A stretch of 64,000 nucleotides of DNA from Bacteroidia bacterium (GCA_034676125.1 JAUCCO010000002.1:2675-66674), one strand, 5' to 3'. Positions 37,051-48,140 are shown, counted from the stretch's first letter. The notes: generated from the letters alone by a model not told the origin. Program-made: numbers and translations.

Positions 37051-38538
37051 TTAATTATTCTGTATAAAATTTACCGAAGCTTCAATATCTAAATACAAAG
37101 CCCTATCTGCTTTGTTAAATGATACATTTTTACGGAATTGTGCAACAAAAGTTTCTACAAAAGTCGATGATTTTGCTGGTCTGCGAAATTCTAAAGCTTG
37201 AGCAGCATTTAATAATTCTATGGCCAATACGCGTTGGGTATTTTCTACCACTTTATAGCATTTTGTAGCAGCATTTGCTCCCATACTTACATGGTCTTCT
37301 TGGCCATTGCTACTAACAATACTATCTACACTTGCAGGTGTACATAATTGTTTGCTTTGGCTAACAATACTTGCAGCGGTATATTGTGGAATCATAAAGC
37401 CAGAATTTAAACCTGGGTTTGGTGTTAAAAATGCGGGTAAATTTCTTAAACCTGCTATTAACTGAAAAGTTCTTCGCTCGCTAATACTGCCTAACTCTGC
37501 CACTGCAATTGCTAAAAAATCTAATACCAAAGCAAGTGGTTGGCCATGAAAGTTTCCACCGGATAAAATCAAGTCTTCATCAACAAAAATATTTGGATTA
37601 TCGGTAACCGAATTCATCTCCGTTTCTATAACTGATGCAGCGTATTCTATGGTATCATAGCTTGCACCATGTACTTGAGGTATACAACGGAAAGAATAAG
37701 GATCTTGTACTTGTACTTTTAGTTGTTTTGTGATTTCGCTATCGGCCAATAATTCCCTAATTTGTTTAGCCGTTTCTAGTTGTCCTTTATGTGCACGTAT
37801 TTGGTGTAGTTGTTCTGTAAATGGTTCAATTTTAGCATCAAATGCATCAATACTTACAGCTGAAATTTGGTTGGCATGTTTGTATAAATGTTGAGCAGTT
37901 AAAATATTATGTACGCCATAAGCCAACATAAATTGAGTTCCATTAATTAATGCTAATCCTTCTTTTGATTGAAGCGAAATAGGCTCAATTTTATGTTCAT
38001 TTAAAATATCAATACTTGGCACCCTATTCCAATTGCCATTTGTATTTTTCCATACCTCACCCAGACCTAATAATGGCAATGATAAGTGCGCAAGCGGAGC
38101 CAAATCACCACTAGCACCTAACGAACCTTGTTGGTAAACTACAGGTAAAATATCGTTGTTAAAAAAGTAAATTAACCTATTAACCGTTATTAATTGCACA
38201 CCGCTATGGCCATAACTAAGTGATTGTATTTTTAATAACAACATGAGTTTAACCACGTCTCTTGGTACAAAATCTCCGGTGCCACAAGCGTGAGATAACA
38301 ATAAGTTTTGTTGTAATTGAGTTAAATCTGCATCAGAAATTTGTGTGTTGCACAAAGAACCAAAGCCAGTATTAATGCCATAAAAAACAGCATCTTTTTT
38401 ACTCATTTTTTCATTTAAATAATCCCTACAAGCTGTGATTTTTTGTTCGGCTTGGTTTGATAAAACAAGTTGTTTTTCTGTTTTAATAATTAACGCTACT
38501 TCGGCTAACGTAAGCTGAGGGTTTATGTGATGATGCAT
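37051..38538 (-). CDS. hutH: histidine ammonia-lyase
   Basis: It has the MIO-forming triad in GASGDLAPLAHL and the Ser-His selectivity pair in LLLSHACGTG, which is HAL-type. The length is 495 aa. Confidence 0.88.
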   Translation of the reverse strand: MHHHINPQLTLAEVALIIKTEKQLVLSNQAEQKITACRDYLNEKMSKKDAVFYGINTGFGSLCNTQISDADLTQLQQNLLLSHACGTGDFVPRDVVKLMLLLKIQSLSYGHSGVQLITVNRLIYFFNNDILPVVYQQGSLGASGDLAPLAHLSLPLLGLGEVWKNTNGNWNRVPSIDILNEHKIEPISLQSKEGLALINGTQFMLAYGVHNILTAQHLYKHANQISAVSIDAFDAKIEPFTEQLHQIRAHKGQLETAKQIRELLADSEITKQLKVQVQDPYSFRCIPQVHGASYDTIEYAASVIETEMNSVTDNPNIFVDEDLILSGGNFHGQPLALVLDFLAIAVAELGSISERRTFQLIAGLRNLPAFLTPNPGLNSGFMIPQYTAASIVSQSKQLCTPASVDSIVSSNGQEDHVSMGANAATKCYKVVENTQRVLAIELLNAAQALEFRRPAKSSTFVETFVAQFRKNVSFNKADRALYLDIEASVNFIQNN

Positions 38539-38551
38539 GTAAATTAACTAA

Positions 38552-39796
38552 TTATGCTAAGCCTAAAATGGTATGTTCAATAATGTCGCAAGCCTCATTT
38601 AACTGAGCTTCGTTAATGGTAAGCGGAGGAGCAAATCTAATAATATCTCCATGTGTTTGCTTGGCTAATAATCCATTTTCTTTCATTGCTAAACACACAT
38701 CGTATGCAGTTTTATTTTCGCCATATGGTTTAATAATAATGGCATTTAAAAGTCCTTTACCACGCACCAATTCAACCAAATTTGTTTTGGCTTGAAGTTG
38801 TATCATTCTGTTGCGGAAAAGTTCCCCCATTTTGTAAGCATTATCTGCTAAATTTTCATCAATTAAAACTTTTAAAGCTTCCATGGCTACTGCACTTGCT
38901 AATGGATTTCCACCGTAAGTGCTGCCATGCTCGCCTGGTTTTATGGTTAGCATTACTTCATTGTTAGCCAATACTGCCGATATTGGTAAAACACCACCTG
39001 ATAAAGCTTTGCCTAATATTACTAAATCGGGTTTTACATCGTAATAATCGCAAGCAAGCATTTTACCTGTACGGCATAATCCAGTTTGCACTTCATCGGC
39101 AATCATTAACACATTATATTGTGTACATAGCTTTCTTACACCTGCAATATATCCTTCATCTGGTACTACTACACCTGCTTCGCCTTGTATAGGTTCAAAC
39201 ATAAATGCAGCAATATTTGGGTTGGCCTTAAATGCTTCTTCTAATGCTGTTAAATTATTGTACGGAATTAAACTAAATCCTGGCATAAAAGGACCAAAAT
39301 TTAAAAAACTACTTGGATCGTTGCTTGATGAAATAGCAGACATGGTTCGGCCCCAAAAATTACCTTCCACAAATAAAATATGTGCTTGGTTTTCGGCAAT
39401 ACCTTTAACCGTGTAGCCCCATCGTCTAGCTAATTTTATAGCAGTTTCGCCTCCTTCAACCCCAGTATTCATGGGTAATACTTTATCATAACCAAATAAG
39501 TTGGTGATATACTTTTCGTATTCGCCTAATAAGTTATTATGAAAAGCGCGGCTGGTTAATGTTAATTTTTGTGCTTGGTTTGTTAATGCTTTTATGATGC
39601 GCGGGTGGCAGTGGCCTTGGTTTACGGCACTATATGCTGATAAAAAATCAAAATATTTTTTGCCTTCTACATCATACATAAAAATACCTTCGCCTTTATT
39701 AATAACTACAGGCAGCGGGTGGTAGTTATGTGCACCATGTTGGTCTTCTAAATCTATAAAATACTGTGGATTGTGATCTGTTTTTACCGAATTCAT
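38552..39796 (-). CDS. rocD: ornithine--oxo-acid aminotransferase
   Basis: It is a class III PLP aminotransferase with the motifs [39 protein letters not shown] and a Lys in ILGKALSGG. The ATG at 39796 was chosen. Confidence 0.88.
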   Translation of the reverse strand: MNSVKTDHNPQYFIDLEDQHGAHNYHPLPVVINKGEGIFMYDVEGKKYFDFLSAYSAVNQGHCHPRIIKALTNQAQKLTLTSRAFHNNLLGEYEKYITNLFGYDKVLPMNTGVEGGETAIKLARRWGYTVKGIAENQAHILFVEGNFWGRTMSAISSSNDPSSFLNFGPFMPGFSLIPYNNLTALEEAFKANPNIAAFMFEPIQGEAGVVVPDEGYIAGVRKLCTQYNVLMIADEVQTGLCRTGKMLACDYYDVKPDLVILGKALSGGVLPISAVLANNEVMLTIKPGEHGSTYGGNPLASAVAMEALKVLIDENLADNAYKMGELFRNRMIQLQAKTNLVELVRGKGLLNAIIIKPYGENKTAYDVCLAMKENGLLAKQTHGDIIRFAPPLTINEAQLNEACDIIEHTILGLA

Positions 39797-39883
39797 GCGC
39801 CAAAAATAGGCCAATTAACCCGTATATAAAAGTTAAGGGTTGTACTTTACATTAGTGGTAATTATGCAGTTTTTGTTAAACGT

Positions 39884-39925
39884 AATAAATAAAAAGCCGC
39901 AATAAACGGTTGTTTATTGCGGCTT
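39884..39925 (-). terminator. intrinsic terminator after the OmpA-family gene
   Basis: AAGCCGCAATAAAC-ggtt-GTTTATTGCGGCTT is a perfect 14-bp stem, followed on the minus strand by TTTTTATTTATT. Confidence 0.85.
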
Positions 39926-39949
39926 ATACAATCTAAAATTTATGTTTAA

Positions 39950-40906
39950 TTATCTTCTATTTTTTTCTATCAACTTATACAATTCATCCAATTTTGGAGA
40001 TAGTATAATTTCTGTTCTACGGTTTTTAGCACGTCCATCGGCTGTTTCGTTGCTTGCTTTAGGGTAAAACTCTGCTCTACCAGCAGCTTCTAAACGTTTT
40101 GGGTTTACATGATGCTCGTTACTTAATAAGCGCACAATACTTAAAGCCCTATCAGCACTTAACGACCAGTTGTCTTCGTACTTAGCAGTTTTAATTGGAA
40201 TATTATCCGTGTGGCCTTCAATTAATACATCAATATCGGCATTTTTATTTAACACATCTGCTAATGTTTTAATGGCATCTAAACCTTTATCTTCAATTGC
40301 GGCACTGCCAGATTTAAACAATAATTTATCACTTAAAGAAACATATACTTTTCCGTTTTTCATTTCCACACTAATCTCATCAGATTTAAATGCCAATAAT
40401 GCACGTTTTACGGTATTGTTTAATGCGTTTAATAATGAATCTTGTTTATTGATTATACCTTGTAATTCTGATAATCTTTTTTCACGTGCTTCAAGCTCTT
40501 CTGCTTTTATTTTTAGTGCATTACTAAAACGTTCGGCATCATTTAAGCTACGTTTCATTAAGTCGTTATACTTTGCATTTAACTCTGCATATTGTGCTTT
40601 TAAATCGTTGTTTTTTTCTGTACAATCGTTGTATCTAGCGGTAAGTGCTTTGTAAAGTGAATCTAAGTAGCGGTATTCTACACCTCTTTGAGTTGTATCT
40701 TTATTAAATGCAACTGTTAAATCATTTAATGAATCGCGTTGGTTTAACGATTTTTTTAAACGTTTTGATGTAAAAAAATTATACGATTTTTCCTTAAAAG
40801 TTTGCGGATCATCATAAATTGATTTTGGATAGTCTATTTGCCCGAAAGCCTTATTACAGAACAAAATTGCCGTTATTGCTAAGGTTGTAATTATAATTTT
40901 TTTCAT
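39950..40906 (-). CDS. OmpA family protein with N-terminal coiled coil
   Basis: A signal peptide and a long coiled coil precede a C-terminal OmpA/MotB domain (IEGHTDNIPI...NWSLSADRALSIVRLL...NRRTEI). Confidence 0.85.
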   Translation of the reverse strand: MKKIIITTLAITAILFCNKAFGQIDYPKSIYDDPQTFKEKSYNFFTSKRLKKSLNQRDSLNDLTVAFNKDTTQRGVEYRYLDSLYKALTARYNDCTEKNNDLKAQYAELNAKYNDLMKRSLNDAERFSNALKIKAEELEAREKRLSELQGIINKQDSLLNALNNTVKRALLAFKSDEISVEMKNGKVYVSLSDKLLFKSGSAAIEDKGLDAIKTLADVLNKNADIDVLIEGHTDNIPIKTAKYEDNWSLSADRALSIVRLLSNEHHVNPKRLEAAGRAEFYPKASNETADGRAKNRRTEIILSPKLDELYKLIEKNRR

Positions 40907-41007
40907 ACTAAGCGCATTTTTTATTAAGCCACAAATTTTAAATTATTATTGGTTTTATAAACGGGATAGTTATACGCAGCTAACATAGTATGTATAACTT
41001 AGTGAAC

Positions 41008-41040
41008 AAAAAAAGCCCCGCAACAAGTTGCGAGGCTTTT
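41008..41040 (-). terminator. intrinsic terminator after secDF (A/T runs on both sides)
   Basis: A7-GCCCCGCAA-caag-TTGCGAGGC-T4 lies about 22 nt downstream of the secDF stop on the minus strand. Confidence 0.7.
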
Positions 41041-41062
41041 AATTGGTTTAAGTTAATTAAGC

Positions 41063-44008
41063 TTATTCAGCTTTTTTCTTTTTATCAAAATCAATAACAA
41101 TTGGTGTTGCAATAGCTACTGATGAGTATGTACCAAATAAAATACCTACAATTAATGCAAAGGTAAATCCTTTAATAATTTCGCCACCAAATATAAATAA
41201 CACCATAGCTACTAAAAATACAGTTACTGACGTAATTACAGTACGGCTTAAAGTAATATTAAGCGCTTTGTTAATTACTAGGCTCTGTTCTTCTGTTTTA
41301 TGGTTAGCTAAGTTTTCGCGAACACGATCAAACACTACCACAGTATCATTAATTGAGAAACCTATAATTGTTAAGATTGCTGCAATAAAGTTTTGATCAA
41401 CCTCCATTGGGAAAGGCATTATTCCATCAAAAATAGAATACAAACCTAACATAATTAAAACGTCATGCATTAACGCAATAATTGCCCCAAGTGCATATTG
41501 CCATTTACGGAAACGAATTAAAATATATAAACCAATACCTATTAGTGCAATTATAGCTGCCCAAATAGAGGCTACCTTAATATCGTTTGCAATAGTTGGT
41601 CCTACTTTAGCCGAACTTAAAATAGTAGTTTTAGCGCCTAATGCATTTAAACCTTCATTTAGTTTCGATTCAACTAAATCGCTCGTATTTGCACCAGTTT
41701 CATTAATTAAATACGTAGTAGTTATTTTGTATTTGTGGTCGTTACCGTATGTTTTAACCTCTGGTGCATTCTCAAATGGAGCAGTTAATTTCTCGCGAAT
41801 CTCATTCTGATCCATAGCTTTATCAAACTCTACTACATATGTCCATCCACCTTTAAAATCAACACCTAAGGTAAATCCTTTAGTAAATATTGAAATTAAA
41901 CCTGCAACAATTAATACACTAGAAATGGTATAAAATTTAAATCTGCTTCCAACAAAGTTGTAATTTAAGTTTTGGAATAATCCTTTAGATAGGTTAGTAA
42001 CATAATGTATCACTTTACCTTTCTCTAACTGCCACTCTGTAATTACACGTGCTAATAATACAGCAGTAAACATTGAAGATAATATACCAATAATTAAAGT
42101 AATAGCAAATCCTTGAACTGGGCCAGTACCAAAACTATACAATACAAAACCTGCTAATAAAGTTGTTAAGTTCGCATCAATAATTGATGTAGCTGCATTG
42201 GCATAACCATCAGCAACTGCATTTTTTAAACTACGCGCATTGTGGGCAATCTCTTCTTTAATACGTTCGTTTATAAGTACGTTAGCATCCACTGCCATAC
42301 CAATAGTTAACACAATACCTGCAATACCCGGTAATGTTAGTGCGGCACCTAAACTGGCAAGTACACCTATTATAAAGAATATATTAGCAAGTACAGCCAA
42401 GTTAGCAATGTAACCACTGTTACCGTAGTACACAACCATAAATATTAGAATTAAGATAGTAGCAATTACCATACTCCATAAACCTTGGTTAATACTTTGT
42501 GCACCTAAAGTTGGTCCTACAACTGCTTCCTCTACTATATGTGTAGGAGCAGGTAATTTACCAGCTTTTAATATGTTTGCTAAGTCACCTGCTTCTTCGC
42601 TAGTAAAGTTACCGTTAATAGAAGAGCGACCGTTTGGAATTTCGTTTTGAACATTTGGAGAAGAGTAAACTAATCCGTCTAATACTATTGCAATAGAACG
42701 ACCAATATTTGCTTTAGTTAAATTTTTCCAAATTCTACCACCATCAGGGCTCATGTTCATGCTCACTTCAATTTCGCCACCTTGGCCAATATCTCTGCGT
42801 GCATCAATAACTTTATCACCTTCTAGTTGCGGTCCACCGTTCATCGAAGTTTTAATAGCATGTAGCATTACAACATCTCCATTATCACCAACAGCTTTAC
42901 TTTCCCATAAAAACTTAATGTTGTTAGGTAAAATATTTCTAACCTCTGGGCGGTCTAATAATGCATTAACTTTTGCTGTATCTCTAATAGATGACATACC
43001 ACAAATTGAACCTCTTTCTGCCAACATACCTTTATCATCAGCATTTGGACGTAGTACTATAAATAGGGGGTTTTCTTTAGTAAAGTTTTCTATTTGTTTT
43101 TGGGTTGAGTCAGCTCCTAAAGCAGCAGTTGTATCTTTTGCTTTGTTTGAACCTGATAAGCCTGCTAATGCACTGCTAGTAGCAGTAGTATCTGTTACTA
43201 CATTTTCAGTGCCTTCGTTAGTTTGGGTTGATGCATTTGATTTTGCTAAAATATTATTAGCATCAGATAAGTATTTAAATGCTTCTGGATTTGTAAATGT
43301 CTCATAAAACTCAAGCTTTGCTGAACCTTGTAATAATTTACGAACACGCACAGGATTATCAACACCAGGTAGCTCTACTAATATACGTCCGCTACCTTCT
43401 AATTTTTGAATGTTAGGTTGTGTAACACCAAATTTATCAATACGTGCACGTAATATTTGAAACGACCTATCAATTGCTTGTTCAGTTTCTTGACGGATGT
43501 AGGTAATTACTTCGGCATTAGTTGAAGATGGCTTTACCAAATCTTTGTTGGTTTGGTTAGCAAATATTACAGCTAATTTTCCTTCAGGAGCTACTTCTGC
43601 GTATGTTTCTTCAAAAAGTGTAACAAAGTCTTTCTGACTAGTTTTCATCTTTTCAGTTGTAACTTGAATGCTCTTGTTAAATGCAGCATCTGTGTTGTTG
43701 TTTGATAATGATTTGATTAAATCACCTATCGAAACTTCTAAAGTTACGTTCATTCCACCTTGCAAATCTAGGCCTAAATTTAACTCACGCTCTTTACACT
43801 CAAGGTACGTAAATTTTTTAAATCCTAAGTTTACTAATGGCTCGCGAGCAATCGAATCTAAATATGCTCTTTCTTTAACAACATCGCCATTGGCAAACTC
43901 TTTTGCCGCTTGTTCTGCTCGGTAGGTAAACCAGGTAAATGATAGCTGGAATATGCATACTACCGTAAGTGCGATTGCGAATAACTTAATTGCGCCTTTA
44001 CTTTTCAT
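41063..44008 (-). CDS. secDF: fused protein translocase subunit SecDF
   Basis: The 981-aa fusion has SecD-type LGLDLQGG and a periplasmic domain, followed by two 6-TM blocks (SecD then SecF). Confidence 0.93.
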   Translation of the reverse strand: MKSKGAIKLFAIALTVVCIFQLSFTWFTYRAEQAAKEFANGDVVKERAYLDSIAREPLVNLGFKKFTYLECKERELNLGLDLQGGMNVTLEVSIGDLIKSLSNNNTDAAFNKSIQVTTEKMKTSQKDFVTLFEETYAEVAPEGKLAVIFANQTNKDLVKPSSTNAEVITYIRQETEQAIDRSFQILRARIDKFGVTQPNIQKLEGSGRILVELPGVDNPVRVRKLLQGSAKLEFYETFTNPEAFKYLSDANNILAKSNASTQTNEGTENVVTDTTATSSALAGLSGSNKAKDTTAALGADSTQKQIENFTKENPLFIVLRPNADDKGMLAERGSICGMSSIRDTAKVNALLDRPEVRNILPNNIKFLWESKAVGDNGDVVMLHAIKTSMNGGPQLEGDKVIDARRDIGQGGEIEVSMNMSPDGGRIWKNLTKANIGRSIAIVLDGLVYSSPNVQNEIPNGRSSINGNFTSEEAGDLANILKAGKLPAPTHIVEEAVVGPTLGAQSINQGLWSMVIATILILIFMVVYYGNSGYIANLAVLANIFFIIGVLASLGAALTLPGIAGIVLTIGMAVDANVLINERIKEEIAHNARSLKNAVADGYANAATSIIDANLTTLLAGFVLYSFGTGPVQGFAITLIIGILSSMFTAVLLARVITEWQLEKGKVIHYVTNLSKGLFQNLNYNFVGSRFKFYTISSVLIVAGLISIFTKGFTLGVDFKGGWTYVVEFDKAMDQNEIREKLTAPFENAPEVKTYGNDHKYKITTTYLINETGANTSDLVESKLNEGLNALGAKTTILSSAKVGPTIANDIKVASIWAAIIALIGIGLYILIRFRKWQYALGAIIALMHDVLIMLGLYSIFDGIMPFPMEVDQNFIAAILTIIGFSINDTVVVFDRVRENLANHKTEEQSLVINKALNITLSRTVITSVTVFLVAMVLFIFGGEIIKGFTFALIVGILFGTYSSVAIATPIVIDFDKKKKAE

Positions 44009-44171
44009 CTTTATATGTTAGTGTTATAATTTATTTTGCTGGTGTATAATGTTGCAAAGCGGGCAAATATAAACGCTGTATCATATTTATACAACCTTTA
44101 TTAATAATCTATTTAAGTGTTGATAAACAGTAGCTTTGCTCATTTTGCCCCGTAATTGGGCAGAAAATTGA

Positions 44172-44786
44172 CTAAAGTCTGCACCTAAAATGGTCTTCAA
44201 TCATTTTTAAACTATTGTTAAAATTGCTATTATTAATGATAATTATATCGGCTTGTGCCTTATAAGGTTCAAGATATTTTCTGTATGCCGGCATTACATG
44301 ATTGGTCCATTGGTATTGAACAAAATCTGCTGGTATATTTCTTTCTAAAGTATCGCGTTTTAACCTACGTTGCAGTTGAATTTCTTCATTTGCTTCTATA
44401 AATATTTTAAGGTTAAATTGATTTGATATGTCTTCTCTATAAAAAATAAATAATCCCTCAATAATTACAATAGGCGCAGGCTTAAATGTTAGCCAATCAC
44501 CCATTTGGTTTTCGTGCTGGAAACGATATTCTCTTCTTTTAACCTCTTGTCCGTTGGCTAATTTAACTATATCCGACATAAATGCATCCAAGTCAATACA
44601 ATCAGGTAAGTCGTAATTTATATGTCCGTTTTCATCTTTGGTTTGATCAGTACTTGGCCTATAATAATTGTCTTGAGATAAAATACATACTTCCTCCGTA
44701 TTAAAAATATTTCCAATCTCTCGTAAAAAACTTGTTTTACCACTTGCACTTCCGCCAGATATACCTACTAAGTATGGTTTGCTCAT
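44172..44786 (-). CDS. udk: uridine kinase
   Basis: It has the P-loop GISGGSASGKTS and then LSQDNYY. The length is 204 aa. Confidence 0.88.
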   Translation of the reverse strand: MSKPYLVGISGGSASGKTSFLREIGNIFNTEEVCILSQDNYYRPSTDQTKDENGHINYDLPDCIDLDAFMSDIVKLANGQEVKRREYRFQHENQMGDWLTFKPAPIVIIEGLFIFYREDISNQFNLKIFIEANEEIQLQRRLKRDTLERNIPADFVQYQWTNHVMPAYRKYLEPYKAQADIIIINNSNFNNSLKMIEDHFRCRL

Positions 44787-44893
44787 TGTAATTTCAACGC
44801 TTAAAATTTATTGCAATTAGCCACTTTGATTTAAATATTACAAGAATTAATATGTTTAATCGTCATTTCACCGATATATAAGGAATATCTACC

Positions 44894-44963
44894 GAAACTT
44901 TTAGCGTGTTGGAAACTTTTATTGTGCAAATAGTTTCCTGTTGATTTTTTTGGATTACTTTTG
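44894..44963 (+). promoter_or_regulatory. putative operator/promoter region of the tetR-efflux operon
   Basis: GAAACTTTTA is a direct repeat at 44894-44903 and 44912-44921. GGAAACT (44911-44917) and AGTTTCC (44932-44938) form an inverted repeat. The -7 box TACTTTTG lies at 44956-44963, 18 nt before the tetR ATG. Confidence 0.45.
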
Positions 44964-44981
44964 CGCAGTTAAAATTAAATA

Positions 44982-45599
44982 ATGAGTGAAGTAAAAGATA
45001 AAATATTAACCGAGGCTGAATTATTATTTATGCGTTACGGCTTTAAAAGCATAACCATGGATGATGTAGCACGTGAAATTGGTGTATCGAAAAAAACGTT
45101 ATACCAATTTTTTGCTGATAAAAACGATTTGGTGAGCCAATGTGTTGAGCATTATTTAGACACCATGAACAACATTTGTACTAATGTAGTTAATAATAAA
45201 AAGCTAGATGCTATTGAGGTAATCATACAAATTTCTGAGCAAATGAGTGTTATTATTCGTCAAGTAAACCCAAGTAGCATGTTTGATTTAAAAAAATACT
45301 TTAAACCAAGTTGGGATAAATTAGAGGCAGATAGAAAAAGCTATATCAAACAAACTGTTATTAATAATTTAAATTTTGGTATCAAAAGTGGTTTGTATCA
45401 TAACGATTTGGACCCCGAAATTGTAAGTAGGATATATATTTATTTAATTGGTTTTTTAACCGACCCTGATAATTACGATTCTGCTGAAATGGATATTAAA
45501 ACCTTGCATTTAGATATTGTAAAATATCATTTACGTAGCATTTGCACTCCTAAAGGATTACAAGTGCTTAACACAAATTTAAATAGCTTAAAGAAATAA
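44982..45599 (+). CDS. TetR/AcrR family transcriptional regulator
   Basis: It has an N-terminal HTH (FKSITMDDVAREIGVSKKTLYQFF) and sits first in the efflux operon. Confidence 0.88.
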   Translation: MSEVKDKILTEAELLFMRYGFKSITMDDVAREIGVSKKTLYQFFADKNDLVSQCVEHYLDTMNNICTNVVNNKKLDAIEVIIQISEQMSVIIRQVNPSSMFDLKKYFKPSWDKLEADRKSYIKQTVINNLNFGIKSGLYHNDLDPEIVSRIYIYLIGFLTDPDNYDSAEMDIKTLHLDIVKYHLRSICTPKGLQVLNTNLNSLKK

Positions 45600-45625
45600 T
45601 TTTTAAAAATAACAATCAAATAAAT

Positions 45626-46948
45626 ATGAAATATACAACCTTGTTTATGCTGATAATATTTGCATTTGGAAGTTTAAATGCACAGCAACAAGCAGACGTT
45701 AAAAAGCTCTCTTTACAAGAGGCCGTAGCACATGCAAAAAAGTATAACAATACTTTAAAAAATAGCAGTTTAGATGTTTTGGCGGCTGAGAAAAAAGTAA
45801 AAGAAGTTTTAGCAAGCGGATTACCCAATGTAAATGCAACAGGTAGTTTTACAAATTACTTAACTGTACCTTCTAACGTAATTAATTTTGGTGGTGTGCA
45901 ACAAGTAATTCAGTTTGGTGTGCCTTTTGGTGCAACTGGTAGCATCAGTGCCAGTCAATTATTATTTGATGGCGGATTTTTAATTGGCTTAAAAGCCTCT
46001 AAAGAATATGTTCAACTGTCAAAAATTAATCAAAAACGCAGTGGTATTGAAACTGAAGTATCTGTTAGTAAAACTTATTATAGTGTTTTACTTACCCAAA
46101 CATCATTAACGCTATTAGATACCAATTTAGATGCATTAGGTAAAACTAGGTCGGAGTTAGAAAAATTAGTGGCAAATGGATTTATTGATAAAACAGAGTT
46201 TGATAAGATAGATTTACAATATTCTAATCTTGAAATACAACGTGAAAAATTAATCGACCAACAAAAAACATTATTAATGGTGTTAAAAATTCAGTTGGGG
46301 TTAAACTTTGATGAAAACATTGAGTTAACAGACAATTTGGATAACATGTACGAGGCAGCTAAAAACAATATTTTTCCTGCTAAAGTTGATTATACAAATA
46401 GGGTAGAGTACCAATTAATAAACCAATCTATTACCTTAAACAGTTTAGATAAAAAGCGTTACCAATATGGATATGCTCCTAGTTTATCTGCTATGTTCTC
46501 AACCCAACAAAATAGTTTTGGCCAAACATTTGGCGATTTAGGCAAAGCATGGTACGGAGGAACACTATGGGGTTTAAATTTAAGTATTCCAATTTTTGAT
46601 GGTTTTAGAAAATCTGCTCAAATTCAGCAAGCTGATGTAAATGTTAGAAAAGCAGAGAATGATAAACTGGTAATTCAAAACAGTATCGAACAAGAGGCTT
46701 TTAATGCTCGAACTACTTTAAATAGATCCTCAAAACAATTAGAAGTTCAAAAGAAAAACTTTGAGTTAGCACAACTCATTTACTCCCGTACCGAACTTAA
46801 GTTTAAAAATGGTTTAAACTCTAGTTTAGATTTAACAAATGCACAACGCGATTTGGAATCTGCACGCGCATCATACCTAAATACCATGTACGAGTTTTTT
46901 ATTGCGCAACTTGATTTGCGTAAGGCTTTAGGAGATATTAATAAATAG
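45626..46948 (+). CDS. TolC family outer membrane efflux protein
   Basis: It has a signal peptide and two repeated coiled-coil/beta halves (LSLQEAV...; LDLTNAQRDLESARASY). The length is 440 aa. Confidence 0.85.
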   Translation: MKYTTLFMLIIFAFGSLNAQQQADVKKLSLQEAVAHAKKYNNTLKNSSLDVLAAEKKVKEVLASGLPNVNATGSFTNYLTVPSNVINFGGVQQVIQFGVPFGATGSISASQLLFDGGFLIGLKASKEYVQLSKINQKRSGIETEVSVSKTYYSVLLTQTSLTLLDTNLDALGKTRSELEKLVANGFIDKTEFDKIDLQYSNLEIQREKLIDQQKTLLMVLKIQLGLNFDENIELTDNLDNMYEAAKNNIFPAKVDYTNRVEYQLINQSITLNSLDKKRYQYGYAPSLSAMFSTQQNSFGQTFGDLGKAWYGGTLWGLNLSIPIFDGFRKSAQIQQADVNVRKAENDKLVIQNSIEQEAFNARTTLNRSSKQLEVQKKNFELAQLIYSRTELKFKNGLNSSLDLTNAQRDLESARASYLNTMYEFFIAQLDLRKALGDINK

Positions 46949-46962
46949 GATAAACAAACAAT

Positions 46963-48102
46963 ATGAAAATTATAAAATCAATTTTAATGGTAACTGGTTT
47001 TGTTACCTTACTTACAGCTTGCGGTGGAGGCAATAAGCTTGAATCTAAAAAGGCTGAACTTGAAAAGCTTAAAGCACAACAAGTTGAATTAGTAGCTAAA
47101 ATAGCTGAACTAAATGATGAAATTATTGCCTTAGGTGATACTACAACTCACGAAAACATAAGAGCAAAAGTAGTTGCAACTACAAGTGTAGCTACACAAA
47201 ATTTTATCCATGCAATTGATGTGCAAGGAAGAGTAGATGGGGATGAGAATATAGTTTATAGTGCTAAAGCGCCAGGTGTAATAAAACGTGTAAACGTAAA
47301 AGTGGGTGATAAAGTTAATGCTGGCCAAATATTAGCAGAGCTAGATGCAGATGTAATTAAATCACAAATAGAAACTGTAAAAAAGGGTTTAGAATTAGCT
47401 TCTGTGGTTTATGAAAAGCGTAAAGCTTTATGGGACCAAAAAGTAGGTAGTGAATTAGAGTTTTTACAAGCAAAGAATCAAAAAGAAAATCTTGAAAAGC
47501 AAATTGCAAGTATTAAAGAAAACATGCAGTTATATGTGATAAAGGCTGAGTATAGCGGAACGGTAGATTTAATTAGCATTAAGGTAGGTCAAGGCATTTC
47601 GCCAGGTATGCCTGCAATTAGTGTAATTAATGCTGCTGCACTAAAAATTAAAGCAGACTTATCAGAGTCGTATGCAAATATGGTTAAACAAGGTAACCCA
47701 GTTTTAATTAACTTTCCTGATATCAATAAGTCATCAAAATCAGTTGTTACTTATGCTTCAAAATCAATCAATAATTTAACACGCACATTTAATGTAGAAG
47801 TTGCATTACCTAGCGAAAACGAGTACCATCCAAATATGGTTGCCGAAATTAAAATTGTTGATTACGAAAATAAAAATGCAATGGTAGTTCCTATCAATGT
47901 TATTCAAGAAATTGATGGTCAAAAGTTGGTTTACATTTTATCAAAAAATGCAGACAATAAAACTATTGCAAAAAAGGCTGTTGTTACTGTAGGTAAAACC
48001 TATGGAACAAGTGCCGAAATTTTAAACGGTTTAAATATTGGCGACCAAGTAATCACTACCGGTTATCAAGATTTAACCGATGGCGAAGAAGTTAAACTAT
48101 AA
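46963..48102 (+). CDS. efflux RND transporter periplasmic adaptor (membrane fusion protein)
   Basis: It has a lipoprotein signal (LLTACGG), a lipoyl/hairpin region (VKVGDKVNAGQILAELD) and a beta-barrel C-terminus. Confidence 0.88.
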   Translation: MKIIKSILMVTGFVTLLTACGGGNKLESKKAELEKLKAQQVELVAKIAELNDEIIALGDTTTHENIRAKVVATTSVATQNFIHAIDVQGRVDGDENIVYSAKAPGVIKRVNVKVGDKVNAGQILAELDADVIKSQIETVKKGLELASVVYEKRKALWDQKVGSELEFLQAKNQKENLEKQIASIKENMQLYVIKAEYSGTVDLISIKVGQGISPGMPAISVINAAALKIKADLSESYANMVKQGNPVLINFPDINKSSKSVVTYASKSINNLTRTFNVEVALPSENEYHPNMVAEIKIVDYENKNAMVVPINVIQEIDGQKLVYILSKNADNKTIAKKAVVTVGKTYGTSAEILNGLNIGDQVITTGYQDLTDGEEVKL

Positions 48103-48140
48103 TTTAAGAATTGTATTAATTAAAAGCAAAATAATATTTT

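Noticed and set aside
37051-38538. The stand-alone HAL-family gene, with no hutU or hutI nearby, considered as a tyrosine/phenylalanine ammonia-lyase for flexirubin-type pigment synthesis.
   Set aside because: The substrate-selectivity position reads Ser-His (LLLSHACGTG), the histidine ammonia-lyase pattern rather than His-Leu (TAL) or Phe-Leu (PAL). No polyketide or pigment genes are adjacent.
42753-43307. Long antisense or alternate-frame ORFs inside well-supported genes, considered as overlapping genes. These are 42753-43307 and 43668-43925 in secDF, 40170-40655 in the OmpA gene, 48968-49477 and 50247-50672 in the RND gene, and 23601-24014 opposite murB.
   Set aside because: Their products are low-complexity and S/I/L/F-rich, as expected from the reverse complement of AT-rich coding sequence. 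They have no recognisable motifs, and they lie wholly within genes that have strong motif support.
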